From a virus, in the IMG/VR virus record IMGVR_UViG_3300006853_000001: 64,000 nt of DNA. One strand, written 5' to 3'. The notes beneath the pieces are model-generated. The model was not told where the DNA came from. It saw only the letters and a program-made list of their open reading frames with translations, and searched no databases. The position numbers were made by a program, and so were the translations under genes. Below are positions 34,491 to 42,503 of this stretch, piece after piece (position 1 is the stretch's first letter; the number at the start of each line of letters is the position of its first letter).

Positions 34491-34817
34491 GTGACGTGGG
34501 TCCACATCATCACACTTATCGAACTGTGCGTCGGCGCGGCCGGCACACTCGTGTTCATCGTGCTCTACTGGATGAGGAGCCGCGGTGCGTGGCGTCGTAC
34601 GGCGATCGGCCGCAACGTCATGGTGTTGATGATGTCACTAGCACTCATTATGCTGCTCGACGTCGCACATGCGTTCCTCGGCGACTACCCAGGACGCGAG
34701 CTGCTGGTCACGACGCTGCTCGGCGTCCTTACGTATGTCATCTGGGGCCGCGTCTGGTTGATCGAGAAAATCTTTCACGAGCACCGCGATGATCCCGTCA
34801 CCAAGCGTATCACGTAG
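34491..34817 (+). CDS. holin-like membrane protein
   Basis: GTG 34491 follows GGAGG. There are 3-4 hydrophobic helices. The ORF track start at 34440 is less likely. Confidence 0.5.
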   Translation: MTWVHIITLIELCVGAAGTLVFIVLYWMRSRGAWRRTAIGRNVMVLMMSLALIMLLDVAHAFLGDYPGRELLVTTLLGVLTYVIWGRVWLIEKIFHEHRDDPVTKRIT

Positions 34818-34851
34818 AAAACACGTACCACCCAGTGGAGGAGGAATCACA

Positions 34852-35199
34852 ATGTTGTTTGGTCGGGAGCCCGCACTGTGGGGTGCGCTGGCACGCGCCG
34901 TCGTGCTGCTCGTGTCTACGTTCATCATGGGTTTCACCGTTGACCAACAGGGCTGGGTAAACGCGATTAGCGCCGCGGTGATCGGCCTGCTGGTCGCGCT
35001 AACGATCCTCAGGGAGCGCGTCGTACCGGCGATCCTAGGCCTACTGGAGGCTAGCTTGGCCGTATCCGTCGCGTGGGGCTGGGGTTTGCCGCCGGACCGG
35101 CAAGCGGTAATCATGGGAATCGCGCTGGCGGTCGTCGCTATCTGGACCCGCGACCGCGTCGTGGCACCCGTCGGCGAGGACGGCGTCCGGCGCACGTAG
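34852..35199 (+). CDS. holin-like membrane protein
   Basis: ATG 34852 follows GGAGGAGGAA. There are four hydrophobic helices. Confidence 0.55.
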   Translation: MLFGREPALWGALARAVVLLVSTFIMGFTVDQQGWVNAISAAVIGLLVALTILRERVVPAILGLLEASLAVSVAWGWGLPPDRQAVIMGIALAVVAIWTRDRVVAPVGEDGVRRT

Positions 35200-35242
35200 C
35201 TAGACCGGTCAAAAACCTCACGGTTAGGTGTGTGTTTGCCTG

Positions 35243-35271
35243 TTTACACAGTGTCACAATTGTGATATGAT
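35243..35271 (+). promoter_or_regulatory. sigma70/HrdB-like promoter, second copy of the 10434-10462 element
   Basis: TTTACA (35243-35248), a 17 nt spacer, then TGaTATGAT (35263-35271), followed by TAAACGGACGG. A leader with GAGGAGG precedes ATG 35314. Confidence 0.7.
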
Positions 35272-35313
35272 TAAACGGACGGCGACGCACCACCCTCCCG
35301 AGGAGGCGACGAA

Positions 35314-35943
35314 ATGATGATCACCACGGACACACGACACGCTACCGGTCCCCAACTGGAGCTGATCCGCAACCTGGCCGCCGAGCGACCCGCCTGGCAG
35401 GACCAGCTTAATGGTCAGCCGTACGAGACGGTCTTCGACATCCTGGGCAACGTGGGCAACCCGGACCCCAAGTTTGTGTCGCTGTTCGAGGCCAAAGCCG
35501 CGATCAAGGCGCTGTTCGCGGTCGCGAAGCCCACACAGATGCTGAAGCCTACCCAGACGCTGAAGTCCGCCACCACCGGGTTCATCGAGCTGCAGACGCT
35601 GCTGAGGACCTTGCAGGTCGGCCACTACGCGCTGCCGCGCAAGGTTGACGACGTGCTCGACTTCTTCGAGATCATCGAGCGTCCCGATCAGAACGGCAAG
35701 CCGCCCACCCGCTGGGTGAACCGGCTGCTCGGCTACCCCGGAACGTGGAACCGCGACAAGCTATCGATCAACCTGCAAGCGGCCGCCGCGCGTGCCATCT
35801 CGGGTGACTGGGTGGCCTCGGCGAAGCTGTATGCCACGCACTTCCAGACCTGCGCCCGCTGCGACGCGCCGCTGTCCAACCCGCGGTCGCGCGCCGCCAA
35901 GGTCGGTCACGACTGCGCCAAGATCTGGGGCTGGAAGTGGTGA
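35314..35943 (+). CDS. hypothetical protein with DUF6011-like C-terminal zinc ribbon
   Basis: CARCDAPLSNPRSRAAKVGHDCAKIWGW fits the CxxC-x-L-x-P-S-G-x-G-x-C pattern seen in actinophage DUF6011 proteins. Confidence 0.55.
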   Translation: MMITTDTRHATGPQLELIRNLAAERPAWQDQLNGQPYETVFDILGNVGNPDPKFVSLFEAKAAIKALFAVAKPTQMLKPTQTLKSATTGFIELQTLLRTLQVGHYALPRKVDDVLDFFEIIERPDQNGKPPTRWVNRLLGYPGTWNRDKLSINLQAAAARAISGDWVASAKLYATHFQTCARCDAPLSNPRSRAAKVGHDCAKIWGWKW

Positions 35944-36123
35944 ATACCCTTCGTCAGCACCTACGAGATCTACACCCACGAGTACACATTCCACGTGCAA
36001 GTGCAGATCTTCACCAAGTTCACGCGTCCGATCACCATCACTTCACCGGAAATCATCATCACGGGCCAACGAAAGGTGCCAATGATCGACCGGTTGGGTG
36101 GCATACCGGTGAAGATGTCATAA
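35944..36123 (+). other. 59 codon coding-like extension in the same frame directly after the TGA of the previous gene
   Basis: GC3 is about 75-80 percent in this frame, against mostly A/T in the frame of the ORF track entry at 35937. There is no ATG/GTG/TTG before GTG 35995. The region ends in a TAATG overlap with the next gene. Confidence 0.4.
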
Positions 36124-36374
36124 TGAGAGAGTCGATCGGTCATCTGACCGATGACGGAGACGTCCACACCGAACACTGTTGCGCCTTACACGGCTGTAAG
36201 TACGGCGACCGGAAATGCGCGGTGAGATTAGGCACACGAAGACAAACACACATGTGTGAGTGCTGTCTCCAGGATCTTGAAGAGACCGACGTTCACCTAC
36301 TCAACGTGATGTGGGACCTCGGCTACCAAAGAGGACAGTCAGATGCAAGACGTAACACTCAGATGAGAGGATGA
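36123..36374 (+). CDS. Cys/His-rich small protein
   Basis: The translation begins MRESIGH and contains HCCALHGCKYGDRKC and MCECC. The ATG overlaps the preceding TAA. The ORF track start at 35937 is rejected on GC3. Confidence 0.45.
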   Translation: MRESIGHLTDDGDVHTEHCCALHGCKYGDRKCAVRLGTRRQTHMCECCLQDLEETDVHLLNVMWDLGYQRGQSDARRNTQMRG

Positions 36375-36377
36375 GAG

Positions 36378-37340
36378 ATGACCCAGGTAATCGAGGCGCC
36401 GACGACCACCGCCGCGCCACAGACCAACACGCAGTTCAGCACCCGCGAGGTGCCGTGGCTGAAGCTCGGCAAGCTCGGCGAACCGACCGGCTCCGCCGCG
36501 AAAGCCGCCGAACTGGGCGGTCTCAACTTCACCGTCGAGAAGCGACCGCTGTGGTACGGCGACAGCGATGACACGGCGACGTCGCAGCCGTCACACCGTG
36601 TCTCCGAGCGGTTCGCGATCGTTCGGGCGGACACCGGTAAGTGGCTCGGTATCATGTCCAAGAACTACCCGCTGCTGCAGTACGCCGAGGCCTTCGACTT
36701 CCTCGATCACGTCAACCCGATCTACGTCGCGGCCGGCGCCCTCAAGGGCGGTCGACAGGGCTTCGTGGTCGCCCAGCTCCCCGAACACACCGTACTCGCG
36801 GACGTCGACCCGCACGAGATGTTCCTCGTGCTACGTACCAGCCACGACGGTTCACGTGCGGTTGAGGCCATGGTGATGCCGCTGCGAGGTCGGTGCATGA
36901 ATCAGCTGACGCTGCGCAGCTTCTCCGCGGGTGTGGAGCACCGCTGGGCGGTTACGCACACCACCAACATGCACACGAAGCTGGCCGAGGCGCAGAAGTC
37001 GCTGACCAACCTGCTGAAGTACGGCCAGGCTTACCCGCTGGTCGTCAGGCGTCTCATCAAGACAAAAATCACCGACGATCAGGCACGCGGCATCTTGACC
37101 GACACCCTACCCAACCGGCCCCGTCGCGGCGACCAGGTCGACCGCATCATGCAACTCTGGCACACCTCAGAGCAGGTTGGCTTCGACTGGACCGGGTGGG
37201 GACTGGTAAACGCCACCTCCGAGTACTACGACTGGTGTCGTACCGGCGGTACCCCGGAGTCTCGGTTCCTCAACGCCCTCCAGGGACCGACGCACGCCGT
37301 CATCAACAAGGTCGCCGGAAACGTTCTTAGTCACACGTAA
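36378..37340 (+). CDS. DUF932-family protein (phage/plasmid-like TIGR03299 type)
   Basis: The characteristic pattern is WLKLGK...AAELGGLNFTVEKRPL...FAIVRADTGKWLGIMSKNYPLLQYAEAF...LRTSHDGSRAVE...RCMNQL. Confidence 0.6.
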   Translation: MTQVIEAPTTTAAPQTNTQFSTREVPWLKLGKLGEPTGSAAKAAELGGLNFTVEKRPLWYGDSDDTATSQPSHRVSERFAIVRADTGKWLGIMSKNYPLLQYAEAFDFLDHVNPIYVAAGALKGGRQGFVVAQLPEHTVLADVDPHEMFLVLRTSHDGSRAVEAMVMPLRGRCMNQLTLRSFSAGVEHRWAVTHTTNMHTKLAEAQKSLTNLLKYGQAYPLVVRRLIKTKITDDQARGILTDTLPNRPRRGDQVDRIMQLWHTSEQVGFDWTGWGLVNATSEYYDWCRTGGTPESRFLNALQGPTHAVINKVAGNVLSHT

Positions 37341-37369
37341 GTCACCACCTAGGGGAGGCAACGTCCGAT

Positions 37370-37394
37370 CCGTCGGGACCTCAGGTCCCGACGG
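37370..37394 (+). terminator. perfect 11 bp stem / 3 nt loop hairpin
   Basis: The sequence is CCGTCGGGACC-tca-GGTCCCGACGG, lying 30 nt after the DUF932 stop. There is no U-tract (I-shaped, actinobacterial style). Confidence 0.5.
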
Positions 37395-37433
37395 TCGGTC
37401 GTACGTCAACGCGCCAGGATGAGGTGGTGATTT

Positions 37434-37745
37434 GTGGTTAACGTAGACTGGTCCCGAGCGGCGTGTCGTAATCTCGACCGTGACATGTTCTTCGACAAGG
37501 ACCGTGCAGCCAAGGCCATCGCCGTGTGTGAATTATGTCAAGTTCGCCTCGACTGCCTAACGTGGGCGTTGGAGACCAGGCAGGAGTACGGCGTCTGGGG
37601 CGGACTAACCGAGGACGCCCGGCGGGTCCTGGTCTACCGGAAAACACGTGTTCGCTGTCCCGGCTGTCGGTCGCACGAGGTTTACGCATCACCTACCGGC
37701 CGTGGCCAGATCTGCCGGGCGTGCGGCCTATCGTGGCTCAGTTAG
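37434..37745 (+). CDS. whiB: WhiB-family transcription factor with extra C-terminal zinc ribbon
   Basis: The four Fe-S Cys residues lie in AACRN...VCELCQVRLDC, followed by YGVWGGLTE. An additional CPGC...CRAC pair lies at the C-terminus. Confidence 0.75.
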   Translation: MVNVDWSRAACRNLDRDMFFDKDRAAKAIAVCELCQVRLDCLTWALETRQEYGVWGGLTEDARRVLVYRKTRVRCPGCRSHEVYASPTGRGQICRACGLSWLS

Positions 37746-37805
37746 TGCCGGTTTTTACCCCGGATCGAACTACGGCCGGGCGTTCCGAGCGTGCTCTCAA
37801 GTGAC

Positions 37806-38924
37806 TCAAACACGGTACCGGGCAACCTCTCCGGCCAACCTACGCTCGGTCTCGAACGCGTCGGCCCAGGCCTCCGCCCAGCGCCACGTGTTGCCCTCCG
37901 TCGTCCAGTTCGCCGCGATTTCGCGTCCTCGACCAGACAGTTCATCACGTGCGTCACGACTCTCGACCAGAGACCTCAGATGCCGTAACCAACGCTTCGG
38001 TTTATCTGCGATCAGACCTACGCCCAGCCGGTGAAAGCGTAAGTACTCCGGACTCGGCGACGCGACCCACGGCACACCCAGCGCCGCGTACTCCAACGGC
38101 TTGAGCCACGACTTTCCGTCGTTGAATTTCGTCGCCGCCAGCGGTGCGACTCCGACGCCCAGTTTAGCGACCTCCGCAGGCCAGCCGACCAGCGGATCCT
38201 GCGGTCCGGTGTTCGTAGGCTCGACATCCAGCCGTAGCGCGTCCCGGACCCCGATGCCGTCACCTACCACGTGGAACGGCGTTCCGGTGTCTCGAGACAA
38301 CTGAGCTAGTGCGGTTCCCGTTGCCTGAAGGTCATCCGGGTGAGAGTGCGTTGAACCTGCCCAACCTACTACCGTCGAGTCTACCCGCTCGACCGCGAGA
38401 TAGCGCGCCGGCACACAGTTGTACAGGATCCTGCCGCGTCCGTGCGGTGCATACCGCGTCAGCAACGCGTCCGTGGACACGGTGACGAAGGTGGCCTCCT
38501 CGCACGCTCGCTGGGCGTACTGCCAGTTATGATCCTTGCTTGCGCCGAAGACCGGGTGCATGGCGGCAAACGCGGGATTGTTCGGATTCACAGCGGCGAG
38601 GTCGTCGTCCATGTCGATCACCACTGCGATGCCACGCCTACGCAGCATGCCGATCGCATCCACCAGGTGCTTGTGTGTGATGCGTTGCAAAATGATCATA
38701 TCGGCGTCCTCGGGTACCTGGACGTCTACGAGTTTACCGTCCGCGTCCACCCGTCCCTGGAACGCGGCGTTTCGATCCTTGGGCATAACAATGACAACGT
38801 CGTGTCCGTCTGCATGAAGCTGTCGTGCGGGCCATATTAGCCGGTGATACCCACACCCGTGTTCATCGGCGGGATACACGTACGTTTTCACAGGTTGTGT
38901 CCACCTCTCCGCGTAATCCACCAC
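37806..38924 (-). CDS. GT-B glycosyltransferase (group 1-like)
   Basis: Contains VGWAGSTHSHPDDL, FHVVGDG and KFNDGKSWLKPLEYAALGVPWVASP. It is a paralog of the gene at 41514-42500. Confidence 0.65.
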   Translation of the reverse strand: MVDYAERWTQPVKTYVYPADEHGCGYHRLIWPARQLHADGHDVVIVMPKDRNAAFQGRVDADGKLVDVQVPEDADMIILQRITHKHLVDAIGMLRRRGIAVVIDMDDDLAAVNPNNPAFAAMHPVFGASKDHNWQYAQRACEEATFVTVSTDALLTRYAPHGRGRILYNCVPARYLAVERVDSTVVGWAGSTHSHPDDLQATGTALAQLSRDTGTPFHVVGDGIGVRDALRLDVEPTNTGPQDPLVGWPAEVAKLGVGVAPLAATKFNDGKSWLKPLEYAALGVPWVASPSPEYLRFHRLGVGLIADKPKRWLRHLRSLVESRDARDELSGRGREIAANWTTEGNTWRWAEAWADAFETERRLAGEVARYRV

Positions 38925-38979
38925 GTGAGTGCGAGAATCACGACGCCGAGTAGAGCTCCTAGCGCTACTTGCCCGGTCA

Positions 38980-39576
38980 CTACCACCTGTCCGGCCTTCC
39001 CGAGGTGTTCTTGCCGTCGTGGTTCCAGATCCACGTCACCTCAGGTACGTGGTGAAAACGCGCACCGGCGTCCAGCAACCGGACGTAAAAGCCCCAGTCG
39101 TCGTAGTCGATCTCCACCCCGACCGGCGGCCCGAATTGTGCGCTGCACGCGAGCTCCGATCGCACCAGACTGGTCACCGGGATATACGACTTCTCACGCA
39201 GTAGCGCGGCAGAGAACTCCTGACCGAAGCGTCCCCACTCCTCCCGGAGAGGTATCTCATTTTCGTCCTTATCCAAGACCTGGCAGCCCGAATACACGAC
39301 GTCGGAATTGGTTAGCTCGGCAGCCTCCAGCAGCACGTTCACGTGATGCGACAGCCACCGGTCATCATCGTCCAGAAACGCGACCCACTCGGTGTCCACG
39401 CGTGACAGCGCACGGTTTCGCGTCGCGGCCGAGCCGGTGTGCTCGACGTCCACCTCGACGGCGATGGCGGTAACCCGCTGAGTCTGAACCGCCACGCTCT
39501 TCACCGCCGTCGCCAGGGCGTTGGGTCGGGTCGGGATGTGCGGGATGACCGCCGTAACGTCTCGCGGAAAGTTCAC
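38980..39576 (-). CDS. GT-A (family 2-like) glycosyltransferase, tandem paralog 1
   Basis: Contains VTAVIPHIPTRP, SAATRNRAL and WVAFLDDDD (DxD). The C-terminus is SGRPDRW. Confidence 0.65.
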   Translation of the reverse strand: MNFPRDVTAVIPHIPTRPNALATAVKSVAVQTQRVTAIAVEVDVEHTGSAATRNRALSRVDTEWVAFLDDDDRWLSHHVNVLLEAAELTNSDVVYSGCQVLDKDENEIPLREEWGRFGQEFSAALLREKSYIPVTSLVRSELACSAQFGPPVGVEIDYDDWGFYVRLLDAGARFHHVPEVTWIWNHDGKNTSGRPDRW

Positions 39577-39579
39577 GTT

Positions 39580-40149
39580 CTACCACCTATCAGGTTGTCC
39601 AGAGGTATTGTGTCGGTTGTGCCGCCAGATCCACGTAACCTCGGGGACGTGTGTGAACTGTGCGCCGGCGCGAAACGCACGCTGCTGAAAACCCCACTCA
39701 TCCCACTCGTTCGTGAACTTAACCCGCTGTGCCAACTCGGTACGCACCAGCATCGTAACGGTGATGTAAGGTCGAACGAACAGCAGCTCCGGATCGAACG
39801 GCTGACCGAACGGGTTCCACACCACCTCGTTGGCCTCGTTCGTGACGATGCAGTTTGTGTAGACGACATCAGCTCCGGTCCGCTCCGCGTGATCCAGCAG
39901 CGTCTCGATGTGATGCGGCAACCAGAGATCATCGTCGTCGAGAAACGCCACCCACGACGTGTCTGCTGCTGCCAACGCGCGCGTGCGCGTCACAGCAGAT
40001 CCCTCGCGCTGTGTGTCCACGGCGATGCTGATCCCACGCACTGAACGGCTCTGCGCGGTGACGCTCTCCAGCGCCTGCACCAGTACGTGCGCCCGCGGCG
40101 GTACGCTGGGGATCACGGCTGTGACGTCGCTCGGAAAGCTTGCTACCAC
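39580..40149 (-). CDS. GT-A (family 2-like) glycosyltransferase, tandem paralog 2
   Basis: Contains VTAVIPSVPPRA, SAVTRTRAL and WVAFLDDDD. The C-terminus is SGQPDRW. Confidence 0.65.
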   Translation of the reverse strand: MVASFPSDVTAVIPSVPPRAHVLVQALESVTAQSRSVRGISIAVDTQREGSAVTRTRALAAADTSWVAFLDDDDLWLPHHIETLLDHAERTGADVVYTNCIVTNEANEVVWNPFGQPFDPELLFVRPYITVTMLVRTELAQRVKFTNEWDEWGFQQRAFRAGAQFTHVPEVTWIWRHNRHNTSGQPDRW

Positions 40150-40712
40150 CTAGTAGCCAGTCCGCTGGTGTTACCGGAGTGCACCGCGTAACACCACGTG
40201 ATATCACCGGTACCTATGAACTTACCACCTAGCTCGAGACATCGCAACGTGAATCGCCAGTCCTCACCGGGCCACACGTCATTCTCGTCCTCGTGGTTTC
40301 GGAAGCCGGCCTCACGGGCCAGCTCCGTTCGCACCATGACGGTCATCGTTGTGTGGTGCGGATCGGACGGATTCATCTGCCGTCCCCGGTGCATCGGAAA
40401 CGGGTTGTTGCCGTCAAACCACGAGTAACAGTATGACGCGTCGTGATCTGCGGCTAGCTTCATCAGCGTCTCGAGGTGATGTGGGTAGAAGTAGTCATCA
40501 TCATCCAAGAACGCCACCCACTCCGTACGCACGGCATCCAGCGCACGCTGCCGGGTAGCCGCGGCACCCTCCTTCAACACGTCTAAGGCGCACGAGATGC
40601 CGCCGGATGGTTGCCTAGTCTGGTCCTTGACGCTCTGAACGGCACGGTTGAGGAGACCGCCGACGCGCGGCGGAATGGTCGGCAGCGCGACTGTGACCGA
40701 AACCTTACTCAT
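40143..40712 (-). CDS. GT-A (family 2-like) glycosyltransferase, tandem paralog 3
   Basis: Contains VTVALPTIPPRV, AAATRQRAL and WVAFLDDDD. The C-terminus is SGLATRW. ATG 40712 follows GGAG; the ORF track start at 40763 overlaps the upstream gene. Confidence 0.6.
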   Translation of the reverse strand: MSKVSVTVALPTIPPRVGGLLNRAVQSVKDQTRQPSGGISCALDVLKEGAAATRQRALDAVRTEWVAFLDDDDYFYPHHLETLMKLAADHDASYCYSWFDGNNPFPMHRGRQMNPSDPHHTTMTVMVRTELAREAGFRNHEDENDVWPGEDWRFTLRCLELGGKFIGTGDITWCYAVHSGNTSGLATRW

Positions 40713-40713
40713 C

Positions 40714-41001
40714 CTAGCTCCACTCATAGTCCACGACAGCCCCACCCTCATCTCGCACGACACCCGTCGGTTTATCGATCGACGAAAGTGTGTTCGACAG
40801 CTCTACACGCAAGTCGGCTGCCAACTTCGGCAGGCCCATCTCGCACGCGTCGGCGTAGGCGTTTAACGCTGCCCGCGCGTATGGGTCGTGCACGTAGTCC
40901 AGGACGAAGTAGCGGGCGCCGGCCTTGTCACCGCCGGGGCGATCTCGGCCGTCGACCCGTTGAACACGGTACCTACTCTGCAGACCGTCGTTCTCACTCA
41001 C
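40714..41001 (-). CDS. hypothetical protein
   Basis: GTG 41001 overlaps the upstream stop (GTGA). The 95 aa product contains ARYFVLDYVHDPYARAALNAYADA. Confidence 0.45.
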   Translation of the reverse strand: MSENDGLQSRYRVQRVDGRDRPGGDKAGARYFVLDYVHDPYARAALNAYADACEMGLPKLAADLRVELSNTLSSIDKPTGVVRDEGGAVVDYEWS

Positions 41002-41513
41002 GCCCACCTCACTCCACTCACGACGCACTGCCACGCCGGTCCCCGGTACGCGATCGGCCAGTCCGGCGGCACCGTATGCATATACACCTCGGATACCTCG
41101 CACCATCCCGCATCCCGCATCATATCGATGATCTTGCCTGGTGTGCACTCCCAGTGGTGCACGTCTCCGCTCCAGCGCCCGGCACCGTCGCGCAACTCTC
41201 CCAGGGTAATGTCAATAAGCGTTCCCGCGTCGGCCATCGCCTGCGCGCGGTCGAGGTCTGGCCCTACGACGAGCAACTGGCCACCCGGCACTGTGCAGTC
41301 GAGCAGCCGCGTTAGCAGGGCGACGCACTGCTGTGGCATTAGGTGTTCCAACACGTGGCCCGCGTAGATGCGTTCGATCGTCAGTGGCGCCCACGGCAGC
41401 TCGCCGGTGAGGTCGACCTCCAGGTCCTTCGGGTGCGGAGAACCGAAGTCGACGTTAACCCACCCCGGGGCGTACTGGTCACCGCAGCCGAGATTAAGTC
41501 TCACAGCTAGCAC
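40998..41513 (-). CDS. class I SAM-dependent methyltransferase
   Basis: Motif I is LNLGCGDQYAPGWVNVD, followed by IYAGHVLEHL. Confidence 0.65.
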   Translation of the reverse strand: MLAVRLNLGCGDQYAPGWVNVDFGSPHPKDLEVDLTGELPWAPLTIERIYAGHVLEHLMPQQCVALLTRLLDCTVPGGQLLVVGPDLDRAQAMADAGTLIDITLGELRDGAGRWSGDVHHWECTPGKIIDMMRDAGWCEVSEVYMHTVPPDWPIAYRGPAWQCVVSGVRWA

Positions 41514-42500
41514 TCAGTTCGCTTCATACGCTCTCTCCCACAAGTGAATGTGCTTACCAATCGTAGCGCGACGCGCACTTTCACGTGCCGCGGTACTCAT
41601 CGGCCCACGCATCGTGTCATCGGTGAGCGCATCTAGCGCATCCAGCCACTCGCCGAACGTGTCGACGATAAAGCCGTTCACGCCGTGCTGGACCCAGTCC
41701 GGATACTGACCCCACCGCGTGGCGATGACCGGTGCTCCGCGCGCCGCGTACTCGAGCGGCCGGGTCCACGACTTACCTCGGTTGTGCGACGTCCGGTTGA
41801 GCGGTGCCAGACCGATATCGATGTCAAACGACGCGAGGTGCGCGTTGTGTGTCTGGTATCCACTAACCCGTGCACGACCTTCCAGACGCCCGTCGGTGTA
41901 GTCGGAGCCGAGAGCGTGGAAGGTCGCACGCGGCTGCGTAGTCAGGTACTTGACGAGGACCTCAGTAAGCCTCTCGGCCTCCCAGTCGTGCCTGTGGAAC
42001 GGCGAGCCGGCCCAGCCGACAGTCAGTCGGTCTGGCGTCGTCAGCAGCGGACGCTCGACCGTGATAGCATCGACGCAGATCGGCAGCACGTGCACATTGT
42101 CGTTGAGCTCGGTGTACCGCTCGGCGACGTACGGCGTGCATGTCGTTACGACGTCGGCCGCCTGGACGTTTCTCTTCGTGTCCTCCGAGAGCGGCGCGTA
42201 GATCGAGTACGGCACCTCGTTCTCGGGATCCAGCCAGATGAGGTCGTCGTCCGCGTCGTAGACGGTAAGTACGTTCGGATCGGCGCACAGCGCCAGCCAC
42301 TCGGGATTCGAACCGGCAAGCCGCTGGCCGATCACAACATCGTAGTCGTGAATGTCCGGCGGAGGTGGTCCCCACGTCGCCGCCCAGCGGGTCGTGTCGA
42401 GCGCCTCAAGTGGTAGCTTGATCCTGTAGATGAAACAGGCGTCCACAGCCGTAATCCACGCGAAAACTCGACGCCTCACCGTCACAGCATGCCACCCCAC
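41514..42500 (-). CDS. GT-B glycosyltransferase (group 1-like)
   Basis: Contains TVGWAGSPFHRHDW and NRTSHNRGKSWTRPLEYAARGAPVIAT. It is a paralog of the gene at 37806-38924. Confidence 0.65.
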   Translation of the reverse strand: MGWHAVTVRRRVFAWITAVDACFIYRIKLPLEALDTTRWAATWGPPPPDIHDYDVVIGQRLAGSNPEWLALCADPNVLTVYDADDDLIWLDPENEVPYSIYAPLSEDTKRNVQAADVVTTCTPYVAERYTELNDNVHVLPICVDAITVERPLLTTPDRLTVGWAGSPFHRHDWEAERLTEVLVKYLTTQPRATFHALGSDYTDGRLEGRARVSGYQTHNAHLASFDIDIGLAPLNRTSHNRGKSWTRPLEYAARGAPVIATRWGQYPDWVQHGVNGFIVDTFGEWLDALDALTDDTMRGPMSTAARESARRATIGKHIHLWERAYEAN

Positions 42501-42503
42501 TTT

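Noticed and set aside
35937-36122. N-terminal 62 aa of the ORF-track protein 35937-36374 (His-rich MVNTLRQH...)
   Set aside because: Third codon positions in this frame are mostly A/T, whereas the alternative frame is GC3-rich. The downstream part, from ATG 36123, is kept as a separate gene.
38885-38980. 31 aa transmembrane peptide ORF (VTGQVALGALLGVVILALTWW...) between two glycosyltransferase genes
   Set aside because: Its GTG start overlaps the upstream stop, which looks attractive. However, GC3 is only about 57 percent and it would overlap the next gene's start by 40 nt. The support is insufficient.
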